A stretch of DNA of 64,000 nt, taken from a virus. Taxonomy: Duplodnaviria; Caudoviricetes. The DNA lies in IMG/VR virus record IMGVR_UViG_3300025608_000019, positions 1,775 to 65,774 of that record; one strand, 5' to 3'. The position numbers were made by a program, and so were the translations under genes. Shown one piece after another: positions 31,870 through 41,641 of the stretch (the stretch's first letter is position 1; the number at the start of each line of letters is the position of its first letter). The notes beneath the pieces are model-generated. The model made no database searches and was not told the origin of the DNA. It was given only the letters and a program-made list of their open reading frames with translations.

Positions 31870-31890
31870 ATTGTTATATATTCAATTTTT

Positions 31891-32733
31891 TTAAGAGTGC
31901 ATCATCCAATCAGTTCCTTCGTCTGTTTTAATCTCTTCGATGACAGCTTCAAGTTCGCTTTCTCCCATACCTTGTATAAGATCTGCATTTACAGTTACGT
32001 TTCCAGGTAAAACGAATCCAAAGATTCCAAGTTTTTGCCCTAAAGAAACTTTAATTTTAGCAGCACAGTATCTAAAGAATGCTTCATCACTATAAAGCGC
32101 ACAATCTGGAATAGTTTCATAAACCTCAAGAACAACATTTTTATTTGGTGTTTCTCCAGTGAATCTTAACTCATGTGTTAATTGGCTATATTGAAAGGAT
32201 ATTGGGTTGTGTATAATTTGTCGTGCTAAATCAAAGAAACTCTCATTAATTACATAGTATTGTAAATTTTCAGCAGCAGCTCCAGTTTTAGAACCACCAT
32301 AAGTTCCACCTAACATCATTCTTTCAATAGCAAAATCTCCTTGAGTAAAGTTAATATCCATTGAGCCACCCCAGTTCGCTCCCATTGGAGCACATCCATA
32401 TACCGAATATATTTCACCGCCTATTGTGTCTCCACTTGCGTCTCTTGGCGGCTCGAAAGTAAAACTTCTTGATTTTTTAAAATGTTCTGTTTTAAACAAT
32501 TCTATTGGTAAAACTACAAAGTTTTCTCTAACAGAGTATTCATAATTTTTATAGAACCATTTTTTAGCACGCTTAACGATGTTTCGAACTTCTTTTTTAG
32601 GAAGATTCATTGGAATCATACATGATCCTGTTATTTCGTCAGCAAGCTCATTAACAAAAGTATTAAAGCATGTTTCATCTTCGAATTGAGGATCTTGCAT
32701 GTTACCTGCATTTCCTATGTAAATATCACTCAT
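31891..32733 (-). CDS. gp13: Neck protein (T4 gp13-like)
   Basis: C-terminal CAAKIKVSLGQKLGIF.FVLPGNVTVNADLIQ.GESEL..VIEEI matches the gp13 LPGG.T.NG..I..EA..EI pattern. Confidence 0.75.
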   Translation of the reverse strand: MSDIYIGNAGNMQDPQFEDETCFNTFVNELADEITGSCMIPMNLPKKEVRNIVKRAKKWFYKNYEYSVRENFVVLPIELFKTEHFKKSRSFTFEPPRDASGDTIGGEIYSVYGCAPMGANWGGSMDINFTQGDFAIERMMLGGTYGGSKTGAAAENLQYYVINESFFDLARQIIHNPISFQYSQLTHELRFTGETPNKNVVLEVYETIPDCALYSDEAFFRYCAAKIKVSLGQKLGIFGFVLPGNVTVNADLIQGMGESELEAVIEEIKTDEGTDWMMHS

Positions 32734-32748
32734 TTTTAAATTATATTT

Positions 32749-34041
32749 TTATATTGGTGTTGATAATATTATTTCAGTTTGATTAAAAACCGTAGCTTTT
32801 TTAGAATATCCGCCTTCTCTAAATATTCCGCCATTCATAGTTCCTTTAAATGCACCAGCCCCGTAAACATAACAATCGTCTGCAACTGAACTTCTATGAA
32901 CATAAGAGCTTTTAAGTTTTGAAGAGGTTATTTGAGAACCTGCATAAAAATTACATGAATCAATGTCAGATCCTTCAACTTGACATGAGAAAAAATCGCA
33001 GTATCTTAATTCCCCTCTTAAAAAGCAATTTACAAATTCATAACCTTCTAAATCGACGCAATACTCGAATCTACCGTTTTGTACTTGTACTTTCCCAGAA
33101 TCAGAATCATAATTAATATGTCCTTTCGAAAAACCACCATGTGTGAACAATTTAACAACACGATCTTTTATGTTAGTCCAGTATAAAGAAACTATTTTCG
33201 GGTCATCACTTAAATCAACAGTTAAACTAGAGTCTTTAAAGTTTTTTGATATGCTACTCCAGTCTCTTCTTGCATCAATTATTTTTTGATTTTTAGAGAT
33301 AATTCTTTTTAATTCAATGGCGTTTAATTGAGAGAATTGCGTAGATTCTGTAGAATTCCATAATTGTACTAAGAATCTATCAATTAAGTGTAATATTATT
33401 GAAGTTTTCTTTTGCCAATCTTTTCCACCTACATATCTAAATTCAAGATAATTTTTATGTCTCTTCTCAAAGTTGATTCCGTAGTATTTTGAATCTGGAT
33501 AGATAAAGTTTTGTTGATTAATGTATTTTCCATCAAAAAATGAAACATCATCCTTTGGTATAACAAATTTAATTGATTTCGCGTATGCTGAATTTTCTCT
33601 TTGAGGAAAAAACTTAAAAACTTGAGCCTCATCAAAATCTAAAATAAACTTAAGAGAATTCATTTTAGAAATTCTATTCTTATCTTCTATTTTATTTTTA
33701 TCAAATGATAAATTTAAATGAATTGCAGTACGATCATTAGTATACCCATTTTCATCGATCCACTGATTAACTTTAATAATCATTAGTCTTCCATCATAAT
33801 AAGGCATAGGGCCAGTAACAAGTTCCATTAGCTTGGCGCCACCGCTCATATCTGGTTCTAATTTAAAATGATCAGCAGTTGGCTCAAATTCACTGTGCGC
33901 CTTGTCCTCTACTTGAATCTTCTTTCCTAGAAGAGTTCCAATTTCTTTAGCAGTGTCTTCAATACTTAAATTTGAATAGAATTCAAACTCAACACCAACT
34001 AAAGCATTTCCTAATATTTTTGAATCGTTTAGATTATTCAT
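32749..34041 (-). CDS. Putative amidoligase (COOH-NH2 ligase, Amidoligase_2-like) with C-terminal beta-helix-like repeats
   Basis: VGVEFEF, LEPDMS, MELVTGP, TAIHLNLS, KYYGINF, YLEFRYVGG; C-terminal FVNCFL/FFSCQV/IDSCNF pentapeptide-like repeats. Confidence 0.75.
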   Translation of the reverse strand: MNNLNDSKILGNALVGVEFEFYSNLSIEDTAKEIGTLLGKKIQVEDKAHSEFEPTADHFKLEPDMSGGAKLMELVTGPMPYYDGRLMIIKVNQWIDENGYTNDRTAIHLNLSFDKNKIEDKNRISKMNSLKFILDFDEAQVFKFFPQRENSAYAKSIKFVIPKDDVSFFDGKYINQQNFIYPDSKYYGINFEKRHKNYLEFRYVGGKDWQKKTSIILHLIDRFLVQLWNSTESTQFSQLNAIELKRIISKNQKIIDARRDWSSISKNFKDSSLTVDLSDDPKIVSLYWTNIKDRVVKLFTHGGFSKGHINYDSDSGKVQVQNGRFEYCVDLEGYEFVNCFLRGELRYCDFFSCQVEGSDIDSCNFYAGSQITSSKLKSSYVHRSSVADDCYVYGAGAFKGTMNGGIFREGGYSKKATVFNQTEIILSTPI

Positions 34042-34106
34042 TTATCGATATATTATTAAACTTGATTAGATTATATATCTTCATTAAATAACTATTAAAT
34101 ATAAAC

Positions 34107-34137
34107 AAAAAAGCCGAGACTAAAAAATCTCGGCTTA
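34107..34137 (-). terminator. Rho-independent terminator after bS1
   Basis: Minus strand AGCCGAGA-loop-TCTCGGCT followed by a T-run. Confidence 0.8.
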
Positions 34138-34161
34138 ATTATTCTAAAAAGTTATTAACAA

Positions 34162-35484
34162 TTACAGTTTTAAGAAAACCTTTCTTGTTTCAACTTCAAT
34201 TCTTGTAATTTGTACTGTTATCGTGTCGTTCTTTTTAATTGTCTCTTTATCAAAATCTTCTGGTAATTCAGAAACATGTAATAATCCAACAACTCCTTCA
34301 CCAACATCTAAAAATACACCATAATCTTTAGTTGATTTAACAACGCCAGATACCTCAACTGGGAATGATGTATATTTTTCAGCAATTAACTTCCAAGGGT
34401 CTACAACGACTTGCTGTTCAACTTGGGTCAATGTAATCTTAGTGTTGCTGATTACTTCTTTTACTTTAAACTCAATTGGATCTCCTGGATTAATTTCTCT
34501 AGATTTATGTTTCTTTAAAGTTTCAATATCTAAATCGTTAACGTGAATCATTCCAGTTAAACAACCATCGAATTCAACGAATACACCGTATTTTGCAGAT
34601 CCTGTTACATTACCAGTTCTCACAACGCTAAGATCATTAGAAATTTCTTCGATTCTTGTAGGAATCATAGCTTGTAAGTATTTTCTATGTGAAACTACAA
34701 TTGTTCCTTTTTCTGGAGAATAACTCATCGGAACTACATATAAATCAGTATCGATAATAGATTCAAAATCTACTAATTTGTTAATTCCAGCTAATGAACC
34801 TGGCATGAAGCACTCTACTCCTTGGATACTAACAATGTATCCACCATTTTGAATCATACTAACTACAGTACCAACATATGCTGTAGTTCCTTCTTCGATA
34901 GACGATAATATTTCTCTAGTAGTAGCAGCCTTAATTCCAGCTTCAACTGATCCTAATATAAATCCTCTTGGATTTGATCTTTGATCACCAGTAATTTGTA
35001 CAGATATTGGAGCTCCAGGGACTAATTTAGATTTTGATATCTCAGATTCCTTAGACATATCAACATAAACTGATTCTCTATATCCTACGTCGATTGAACA
35101 CCATTTAGTGTCGACTCCAATTACAGAACCTTCTAAAGTTTCTCCAATATTAATTTTAAATCTAATAGAATCTCCTTTAGAAGTATAGTGTTCATCCATT
35201 AAATCATATAGCTCTTGAGCATACGATTCTCTAGAATACACCTTTTCACCGTTACGTGTTTTAATGTGTGGGTTTGGTTTTCTTGTTCGAGATGGGCATG
35301 TTGATTCAAATGCATCCCAATCGAATTCTCCAGCTTCATTATGCCATTCCCTACCATCATTAATGGTTTCTTCGATTTTTGCTTCAGTTCCTAGAACTTC
35401 AGCTTCTTTTACCGGTGCTTCTTGCGCTAATTTCTTAGTTAATTCTCCGATTCTTGGTTTTTTTTGTTTTTTGTCTGTTGACAT
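34162..35484 (-). CDS. rpsA: Phage-encoded ribosomal protein bS1 homologue (4 S1 domains)
   Basis: Four OB/S1 repeats (GETLEGSV..., GVECFMPGSL...IVVSHRKYL, YGVFVEFDG.LTGMIHVNDL, YGVFLDVGEGVVGLLHVSEL); N-terminal FDWDAFE. Confidence 0.85.
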   Translation of the reverse strand: MSTDKKQKKPRIGELTKKLAQEAPVKEAEVLGTEAKIEETINDGREWHNEAGEFDWDAFESTCPSRTRKPNPHIKTRNGEKVYSRESYAQELYDLMDEHYTSKGDSIRFKINIGETLEGSVIGVDTKWCSIDVGYRESVYVDMSKESEISKSKLVPGAPISVQITGDQRSNPRGFILGSVEAGIKAATTREILSSIEEGTTAYVGTVVSMIQNGGYIVSIQGVECFMPGSLAGINKLVDFESIIDTDLYVVPMSYSPEKGTIVVSHRKYLQAMIPTRIEEISNDLSVVRTGNVTGSAKYGVFVEFDGCLTGMIHVNDLDIETLKKHKSREINPGDPIEFKVKEVISNTKITLTQVEQQVVVDPWKLIAEKYTSFPVEVSGVVKSTKDYGVFLDVGEGVVGLLHVSELPEDFDKETIKKNDTITVQITRIEVETRKVFLKL

Positions 35485-35543
35485 TTTTGTTTGTTTAAAA
35501 AGTTAAAAATAAATATTAAATTCTAGTTATATATCGTTTTAAT

Positions 35544-37712
35544 TTAGAAAGAAGTCGGTGAAATACCTATCATCGGGATTGTTACCGCTCCTACTGTTAA
35601 TTGACCAACATATATAAATTTTAATTGTGCTAAGTGTTTAGCGTGTGCTTTTGCTACCGCAGTTGCTACTGTTCTTGTGGCTATATTTATGGTACCTGGT
35701 TTTTTAAATGATTTTCCAGAATTCCATGCCTTTCTAAGATCATTTGCTAATTTTGTTTTGCTTCCATAATATATAGGTATGTAAGTACCAGGGACTGGAA
35801 TATTACATAAAGGAATTGGTGGTGATTTTAAGAATGGCTGAGCAATCGTTGATTTCCAATAATTAATAGTTGCTTCAGCCATAATAACATAAGGATCTAC
35901 GAAACTGTCTTCACTTGCTTCTTCTGCTTCTGCTTTTGCTATCTCCGCATCAATAATGCTCTGCATCCATTTTCTTTTGAGATCAGCAAACCTTTCTATT
36001 TCAGCCTCATAAGCTTCCTTTTTATCAAGTAATCTAGCGCTTAGAGTTGAATATATAAGACTTTGCCTTACAGATTCTTCTGAATCCGCTAACCATGAAT
36101 AATCTTTATCTACTGAATTTATATAAGTAAATGTTACTAGATATTTCTCAACAAGCCAGTTTGGAATTGAATTTTTATTCATTTCGTGGGTTTCTTGAAA
36201 AACACATTTGTTTAAAGGGTTTTCTAATTTTACTCGAGCTATTAAATCCTTTTCGCGCTTATCATAGATTCTAATATTTTCAGCAGCAATATATTCTTCT
36301 AAATTACTATTAAATTTTTTAGCAAGATATCGCTGTGCGTTTGTTCCTCTAACTGGTTTAAATTTATCTGCGTATTCGGTATTTAGTTCGTTTAGTATAT
36401 TATAAAAATTATTATCAAATAACATTGCTTCTAAGACTTTCTTTACCTTTTTAGCCATCGGACCTATATACGTATTATGTTTATCTAGACTTTCAATAAA
36501 ATCCCAGTATGCATAGGATCCGTCAAACTCATACCATATTCTTTTTGCTATCTCCGCTATTCTTTGCTCTTCTACCATTTCAGGTATTTTACAAACTAAT
36601 TCCGTTGGCTCAACTGTAGATTCAAGAGTTGTTGTATCTCCTCCGAAAGTTCCAATTGCTTGAACCTCTCCACTTTCATTAAACACTACGCCATTACCAA
36701 ATAAACCTTCATTTGTATAATCAGTATCTATAATTACATTAACAACCTGACTAACTACACCCTCGACTCCGTTTGCACCCGTTACACTAATTAATTCATA
36801 ATTAGAAGTTATTGGGTCTCCTTTAATATATTTTGGTAGTGATATAGATATTGAGTCATTATATTTAGCTCCTTGAAACCCTGTAGCTCCTTGAAACCCT
36901 GTAGCTCCTTGGAAACCTGTAGCTAATGTTGTTTTAAGTTCAGGTTGAACAACACCATCAATTGAATATTTAAAAGTATATGGAGCTCCTCCTTCGGTAC
37001 CTTTAAAAGTTATTTTTCTATCGACTATATTAGATTGATTACTAGCTCCTTGGAAACCTGTATTTCCGCTATTTAATAGAGAAGATACAAATATGTTGTC
37101 AGCTAATTTAATATCCTTGTCTAATACGACAGCACTTGATGATAAAACATCTGGTAAATCGTTCTTTTTAAAATATTCATAGAATTTAAAATCATCTAAG
37201 TCAGCCTTGTTTTCTTCGATCCATGCTTCTAGTTCGCATGTGTGGTTAAATGGTTCGATTACAGGATATCCTTCTTCGAAATCAGAATATTCTTCCATTG
37301 TAAACTTTTCTTCTACCGTTGGGTTTGATACTGGTTCATGGACCACTGGATCAGTTCCTTCAAGAGATGCGTGTAGTTCGGAAAATGCCTTTGTAAATCC
37401 AGCAACTGGACCTGATCCAAATCCAGGTGTAATTATTTCTGTTGGATAATCTGGTCTGTCGTTTGGGTCTGGGTTTCCGATTGGAGGAGGATATGCAGTT
37501 ATTGGAGTTAATCTCTCAACACCAGGATCATTTCCTTGTAAAATAAGCAATTGTCCGGATTTATGAATGTTTCCAAATAAAGTTTGTGATGATTTAACCG
37601 CGTTGAAATATTCACTAGCCACGAATTTCCCCATCTCAATAGGACCTTCGAGTGTTCCGCTTGATAGTTTGTTAGATACGTTATTAATAAATGTAGGCCA
37701 ATTTGCCGGCAT
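35544..37712 (-). CDS. Hypothetical virion protein downstream of the gp5-like spike, with short collagen-like repeat
   Basis: 722 aa; GFQGATGFQGATGFQGA; Pro-rich segments; directly downstream of the gp5-like gene. Confidence 0.55.
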   Translation of the reverse strand: MPANWPTFINNVSNKLSSGTLEGPIEMGKFVASEYFNAVKSSQTLFGNIHKSGQLLILQGNDPGVERLTPITAYPPPIGNPDPNDRPDYPTEIITPGFGSGPVAGFTKAFSELHASLEGTDPVVHEPVSNPTVEEKFTMEEYSDFEEGYPVIEPFNHTCELEAWIEENKADLDDFKFYEYFKKNDLPDVLSSSAVVLDKDIKLADNIFVSSLLNSGNTGFQGASNQSNIVDRKITFKGTEGGAPYTFKYSIDGVVQPELKTTLATGFQGATGFQGATGFQGAKYNDSISISLPKYIKGDPITSNYELISVTGANGVEGVVSQVVNVIIDTDYTNEGLFGNGVVFNESGEVQAIGTFGGDTTTLESTVEPTELVCKIPEMVEEQRIAEIAKRIWYEFDGSYAYWDFIESLDKHNTYIGPMAKKVKKVLEAMLFDNNFYNILNELNTEYADKFKPVRGTNAQRYLAKKFNSNLEEYIAAENIRIYDKREKDLIARVKLENPLNKCVFQETHEMNKNSIPNWLVEKYLVTFTYINSVDKDYSWLADSEESVRQSLIYSTLSARLLDKKEAYEAEIERFADLKRKWMQSIIDAEIAKAEAEEASEDSFVDPYVIMAEATINYWKSTIAQPFLKSPPIPLCNIPVPGTYIPIYYGSKTKLANDLRKAWNSGKSFKKPGTINIATRTVATAVAKAHAKHLAQLKFIYVGQLTVGAVTIPMIGISPTSF
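36867..36924 (-). repeat. 18-bp tandem repeat x3 (GFQGAT)
   Basis: agctccttgaaaccctgt units; one further copy at about 37044-37063. Confidence 0.85.
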
Positions 37713-37741
37713 AATTCCTTTAGTTTATAGGATTATATATT

Positions 37742-38428
37742 CTATTTATTTTCTTGCTGATATGGTGGATGCACTGGATTCCATGGAATAATTGGCTTTC
37801 CACTAGGACCTGTTGGTGTCGGATGGATGTGGCTATTATATAGATCTTTAAAAATATCTAAAAAAGCTTCTAATGATTTTCCTCTAACTGTCGGTTCACT
37901 AATATCCTCCGTCGCTTCACCAGTGTTTGATAGATACACATTTCCAGCATCAAGAAATATTTTATCATCTGAAGATATTTTAATTATCCCAGCCTCATCT
38001 AATTGGATTATTGGCCTCTCTTTTGCTCCAGTTCCTCTTGTTATAACTAAGCCATCTTTATCTGAGTGGTATATTCTTACGTTTCTTGTAGAATCATATA
38101 CTAAACTAACAACATCTTGTGGAGCGCCAGAAGTGTCTAAGATATCTGCCTTTAAATCTTTATTTTGATCTATTTGAAACCAATACTCTGGATGATAGAT
38201 GTTACCGTTGTCAAATCTGACTGCAACTACAGTTCCAATATTTGGAGTATGATGCATTCCTACAAAATCACGATTCATTGGAGTTGCCCATGGAATAGAT
38301 TCATCTGGTAAATCGTCAAACTTCCCAAATACTTTAACTCGACATCTTCCTAGATTAGAAGGATCTGCATTATCTACAACCTCTCCGATCCAATGAGTGC
38401 CTTTAATATCGTCTCTTCCTTTAGCCAT
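37742..38428 (-). CDS. gp5: Baseplate central spike (gp5/VgrG OB-fold N-terminus)
   Basis: WIGEVVDNADPSNLGRCRVKVFG...IPWATP; C-terminal HIHPTPTGPSG metal-binding tip motif. Confidence 0.85.
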   Translation of the reverse strand: MAKGRDDIKGTHWIGEVVDNADPSNLGRCRVKVFGKFDDLPDESIPWATPMNRDFVGMHHTPNIGTVVAVRFDNGNIYHPEYWFQIDQNKDLKADILDTSGAPQDVVSLVYDSTRNVRIYHSDKDGLVITRGTGAKERPIIQLDEAGIIKISSDDKIFLDAGNVYLSNTGEATEDISEPTVRGKSLEAFLDIFKDLYNSHIHPTPTGPSGKPIIPWNPVHPPYQQENK

Positions 38429-38439
38429 TTTAATTTTTA

Positions 38440-39618
38440 TTAATCGTTTACGTTTCCAAGCGCTCTTTCTGCTGCTGCGTCTAATGCCGCTCTAGCATTT
38501 CCAGTTGGAATAGTTTCGTCATTTACATTAGCTACAATCGCAGCACCAACATCTCTAGTTTGTTTATTAATATCGGTTGCGTTATCTGCGCTTCTCAATG
38601 CATTTTGAAATATATTCTCGAATGTAGGAATTCTATTGACTGTGTTATCTCTTACCTTCTGTACGATTTCGTTCTTTTTATCTTGCACAAGTCTATTTAA
38701 ATCATCCTTAGCGCTAGCAACTGCTCCACCAATTCTATCAGTAACTTTATCTGTTAGATAATCCTGTAAGTTATCAAAACTTTCGTTTTCAGAATCTGGT
38801 GCTGGAGATAAAACATCTCCATTATAACTAGAACTAACAATTCCATTTAATACTCTCGCTTGAATTTTGTCGACATTTTCATATGTGATTGCTAATTCAC
38901 CAGCAGCTGGTTCTGAAGGATTCTTTGAAAGACTTGATAGGAATTCTCCTCCGCTCATCGTATCAAATTCACAGTAAGTCAGACCAAACATGAAGAAAGG
39001 TCGACCACTCTGACCAGATATTTCCTCATTACCGTTTTCAATACCAATAGATGGTTTAAAATTATCTGGAAAACCTGTAAGTGCATTTTTGTTTATACCA
39101 CCGATTTTAGGCTTATTCATGTTTTTTATAGTCCTAATTTCAGTAACATATACCCACATTCTAAATTTACGTAAGTTTGCAGGTACTACCCAATGCCATT
39201 TTTGATCATCAAACACTGCTTTTTTATAAAGGTGCATTAAACCAGAAGCCGTAAGGTTTATTGACTCTAATGTCTTTATTACTAATTTAGCGTCGTCTCC
39301 TCCCCAATAATTTTTGGTTGGATCATATTTCTGAAGTCTTTCAAGACCTTCTAAAGATTGCCAATACCATGGCATTGCATTATTTATAGTAGCAAGTGCT
39401 TGTTTAAAATTAATTAAAGCCTCTAGTTTTTCAGCATAATATTCATTTCCATCTGCTAATTTCTTAAGATAGTTTTCAGTAGTCTTTGAAAGTAGTGGTG
39501 AATTTTCAGCATCAAAAAAGTCAAATAATATGACAAACGACAAGTAAGTTGGATCCTGATATGGATAACTCGTTAACGAACCTTTTTTAAAGTCTTTTAT
39601 GCTCTTAAAATCTGACAT
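38440..39618 (-). CDS. Tube-fold baseplate protein (gp48/gp54-like by synteny)
   Basis: Position between hub and spike; FRMWVYVTEIR...CEFD...LAITYENV tube-like strands. Confidence 0.4.
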   Translation of the reverse strand: MSDFKSIKDFKKGSLTSYPYQDPTYLSFVILFDFFDAENSPLLSKTTENYLKKLADGNEYYAEKLEALINFKQALATINNAMPWYWQSLEGLERLQKYDPTKNYWGGDDAKLVIKTLESINLTASGLMHLYKKAVFDDQKWHWVVPANLRKFRMWVYVTEIRTIKNMNKPKIGGINKNALTGFPDNFKPSIGIENGNEEISGQSGRPFFMFGLTYCEFDTMSGGEFLSSLSKNPSEPAAGELAITYENVDKIQARVLNGIVSSSYNGDVLSPAPDSENESFDNLQDYLTDKVTDRIGGAVASAKDDLNRLVQDKKNEIVQKVRDNTVNRIPTFENIFQNALRSADNATDINKQTRDVGAAIVANVNDETIPTGNARAALDAAAERALGNVND

Positions 39619-39636
39619 ATTCTATATATTGTTATT

Positions 39637-41145
39637 TTACGATGACACTGTGTCTTCATTTATATTATTGATTCTACTTGGCCACTCTCTTCTTAGTAAA
39701 GTAAGTTTTTGAGCAACTGCAGGGAAACCTGCTTTATATATGTATTCAATACCACCAACGACGTAGTAACCACTTAAAAACTCATCGGCAACTACAGTAC
39801 CCGCTTGTGGGATATCCTCTTCACCAGTATCTGTGTCAACGTCGAATCCCTGTTCTTTCTTTTTATCTTTAATAACTTTATCAGCTCCTATTTCTTCAGG
39901 GCTTTCTTTAAAAATTATAATTGGAATCTTTTGATATCTATGTATCGCTGGATTATATGTTGATAGCTCTAATTCAAGAGTCATTTTACCAAGCTCATCT
40001 AGATTTTGTGCGTTGTGAATTGCTGCAAATTCATAGTTTAAATGTATATTAGAAGTTTCTGGATCTGCATTTTTTCTGCCCATCCATTTAGTTTTTACCT
40101 CATGTTTATATCTGTCCTCATCTCTCCTACCCTTCATAGGCTCTTCAATATCCTTCATCTTCTTACTAGTAACTGGTTCAATATCAAAACTAACTAGCCC
40201 TTCTTCAGAATCATTTTCATAAAATTTTAAAGTTTGCTTGTAACCATTCTTTTCAATATTAGATCCAGCATTATTTGTTAAAGCGAATTTAGTGATATGA
40301 TTACTGGTTCCTGTATATCTATTGTGAGTCGATAATATTAATGGTGCTTTCATGTTATTTGATTCATCAGCATCTACACTAGTTTGTTGATCAGTCATAG
40401 TTACGTCAAGTGCAGCAAGTGCATCCTCGAACGTTTCTTCAGATTCCATTAGTAAATTCATATTAACAAAGTTAATATAGTAGAAGGGATCTATTGAATA
40501 AGTTTGAAACGAATCGTCATCAACATATGAGTGTTTTACAAGATCTCCTAAAACGTCATCAATTGAATCATATGCTATAAATAAATTCATCTCATCGTCA
40601 GAAGAATCTATATTTGTTGCTAATCCTAATTTAAGATCTGTTGCAATTGATTCGATATGATCTAATGAACTACCTTTTCCATAAGACTTAGATATATCAG
40701 CATAAATTCCTGGAATTTTCATCCTTCCAGTAAATGTATATTTTGCGCCCGCAGTACTATCAGGGTTTTGTGGGTTTGCCTTTGGTGAAGTAACCTCAAT
40801 AATATCAAAATCAATTCTGATATCCTTGTATGTTTCTTTTTGCCTAGCACCAATTCTAATATTTACAACATCACCATCTCTAGGATAAGTATCTGCTTTA
40901 AATAAACCTTGGCTATCTTCTAATACTAATTGTAGAGAGGGTATTTTACCGCTAACATTCAATGACATTGATTTAATATTTTCGTCTGAAAAAGTGTAAT
41001 TGTTAACCGTAACTAGAACCAGGTAGTCTTTACTAGTATCCGCCTTTTCATTACCTTCACCTTCACCATAAGATGGAAATTGAACTTCATCTAATTTTAT
41101 CGTTGGCTCAAGTATTGTTAAAATATGATTGTCTAATGCTGCCAT
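39637..41145 (-). CDS. Baseplate hub protein (gp27/gp44-like)
   Basis: Synteny (gp53-hub-tube cap-gp5); LSGYYVVGGIEYIY...QKLTLLRRE hub-type C-terminus. Confidence 0.55.
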   Translation of the reverse strand: MAALDNHILTILEPTIKLDEVQFPSYGEGEGNEKADTSKDYLVLVTVNNYTFSDENIKSMSLNVSGKIPSLQLVLEDSQGLFKADTYPRDGDVVNIRIGARQKETYKDIRIDFDIIEVTSPKANPQNPDSTAGAKYTFTGRMKIPGIYADISKSYGKGSSLDHIESIATDLKLGLATNIDSSDDEMNLFIAYDSIDDVLGDLVKHSYVDDDSFQTYSIDPFYYINFVNMNLLMESEETFEDALAALDVTMTDQQTSVDADESNNMKAPLILSTHNRYTGTSNHITKFALTNNAGSNIEKNGYKQTLKFYENDSEEGLVSFDIEPVTSKKMKDIEEPMKGRRDEDRYKHEVKTKWMGRKNADPETSNIHLNYEFAAIHNAQNLDELGKMTLELELSTYNPAIHRYQKIPIIIFKESPEEIGADKVIKDKKKEQGFDVDTDTGEEDIPQAGTVVADEFLSGYYVVGGIEYIYKAGFPAVAQKLTLLRREWPSRINNINEDTVSS

Positions 41146-41149
41146 CTAA

Positions 41150-41641
41150 TTATATAATAATTTTACCGTTACCAATCTTAATATTAGCTGCATCTCCTAT
41201 TCCTTTGATATTTGGAGGTAGAGGATCTTTAGACCCATTAACTTTAAGCGCAGCCTTTCTTTTTAAATATTCAACTCGCTTGGCGTCTTTCACGCTAAGT
41301 CTTTTTGTACTAATGAATTGATCTCTAATAGATAATTTGTTCTCGTCATTATTTATTGTTTTAAACGGAATAAATCTAGTAGTAGCAAACTCATTAGTAG
41401 GTATTAATAATACGTCTCCTTCTGCGATAGAAAACGGGTTAGATATGCCATTATATTTAAGTATATAATCAACGTATGAAGCATCTTTGTAGTATTCTAA
41501 AGATATTAGATCAATTCTACATACTTCATCAGCATTGACAATATGTTCATCTATTATCTGTAGATTCGGGACAAATATTAGTGTGGGCTGAGTCATTCTG
41601 ACTTTACCATCAAGTATTGGTTTTTCGAATAGACTCTTCAT
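41150..41641 (-). CDS. gp53: LysM-type baseplate wedge protein (gp53-like)
   Basis: HIVNADEVCRIDLISLEYY...YILKYNGISNPFSIAEGDVLLIP. Confidence 0.75.
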   Translation of the reverse strand: MKSLFEKPILDGKVRMTQPTLIFVPNLQIIDEHIVNADEVCRIDLISLEYYKDASYVDYILKYNGISNPFSIAEGDVLLIPTNEFATTRFIPFKTINNDENKLSIRDQFISTKRLSVKDAKRVEYLKRKAALKVNGSKDPLPPNIKGIGDAANIKIGNGKIII

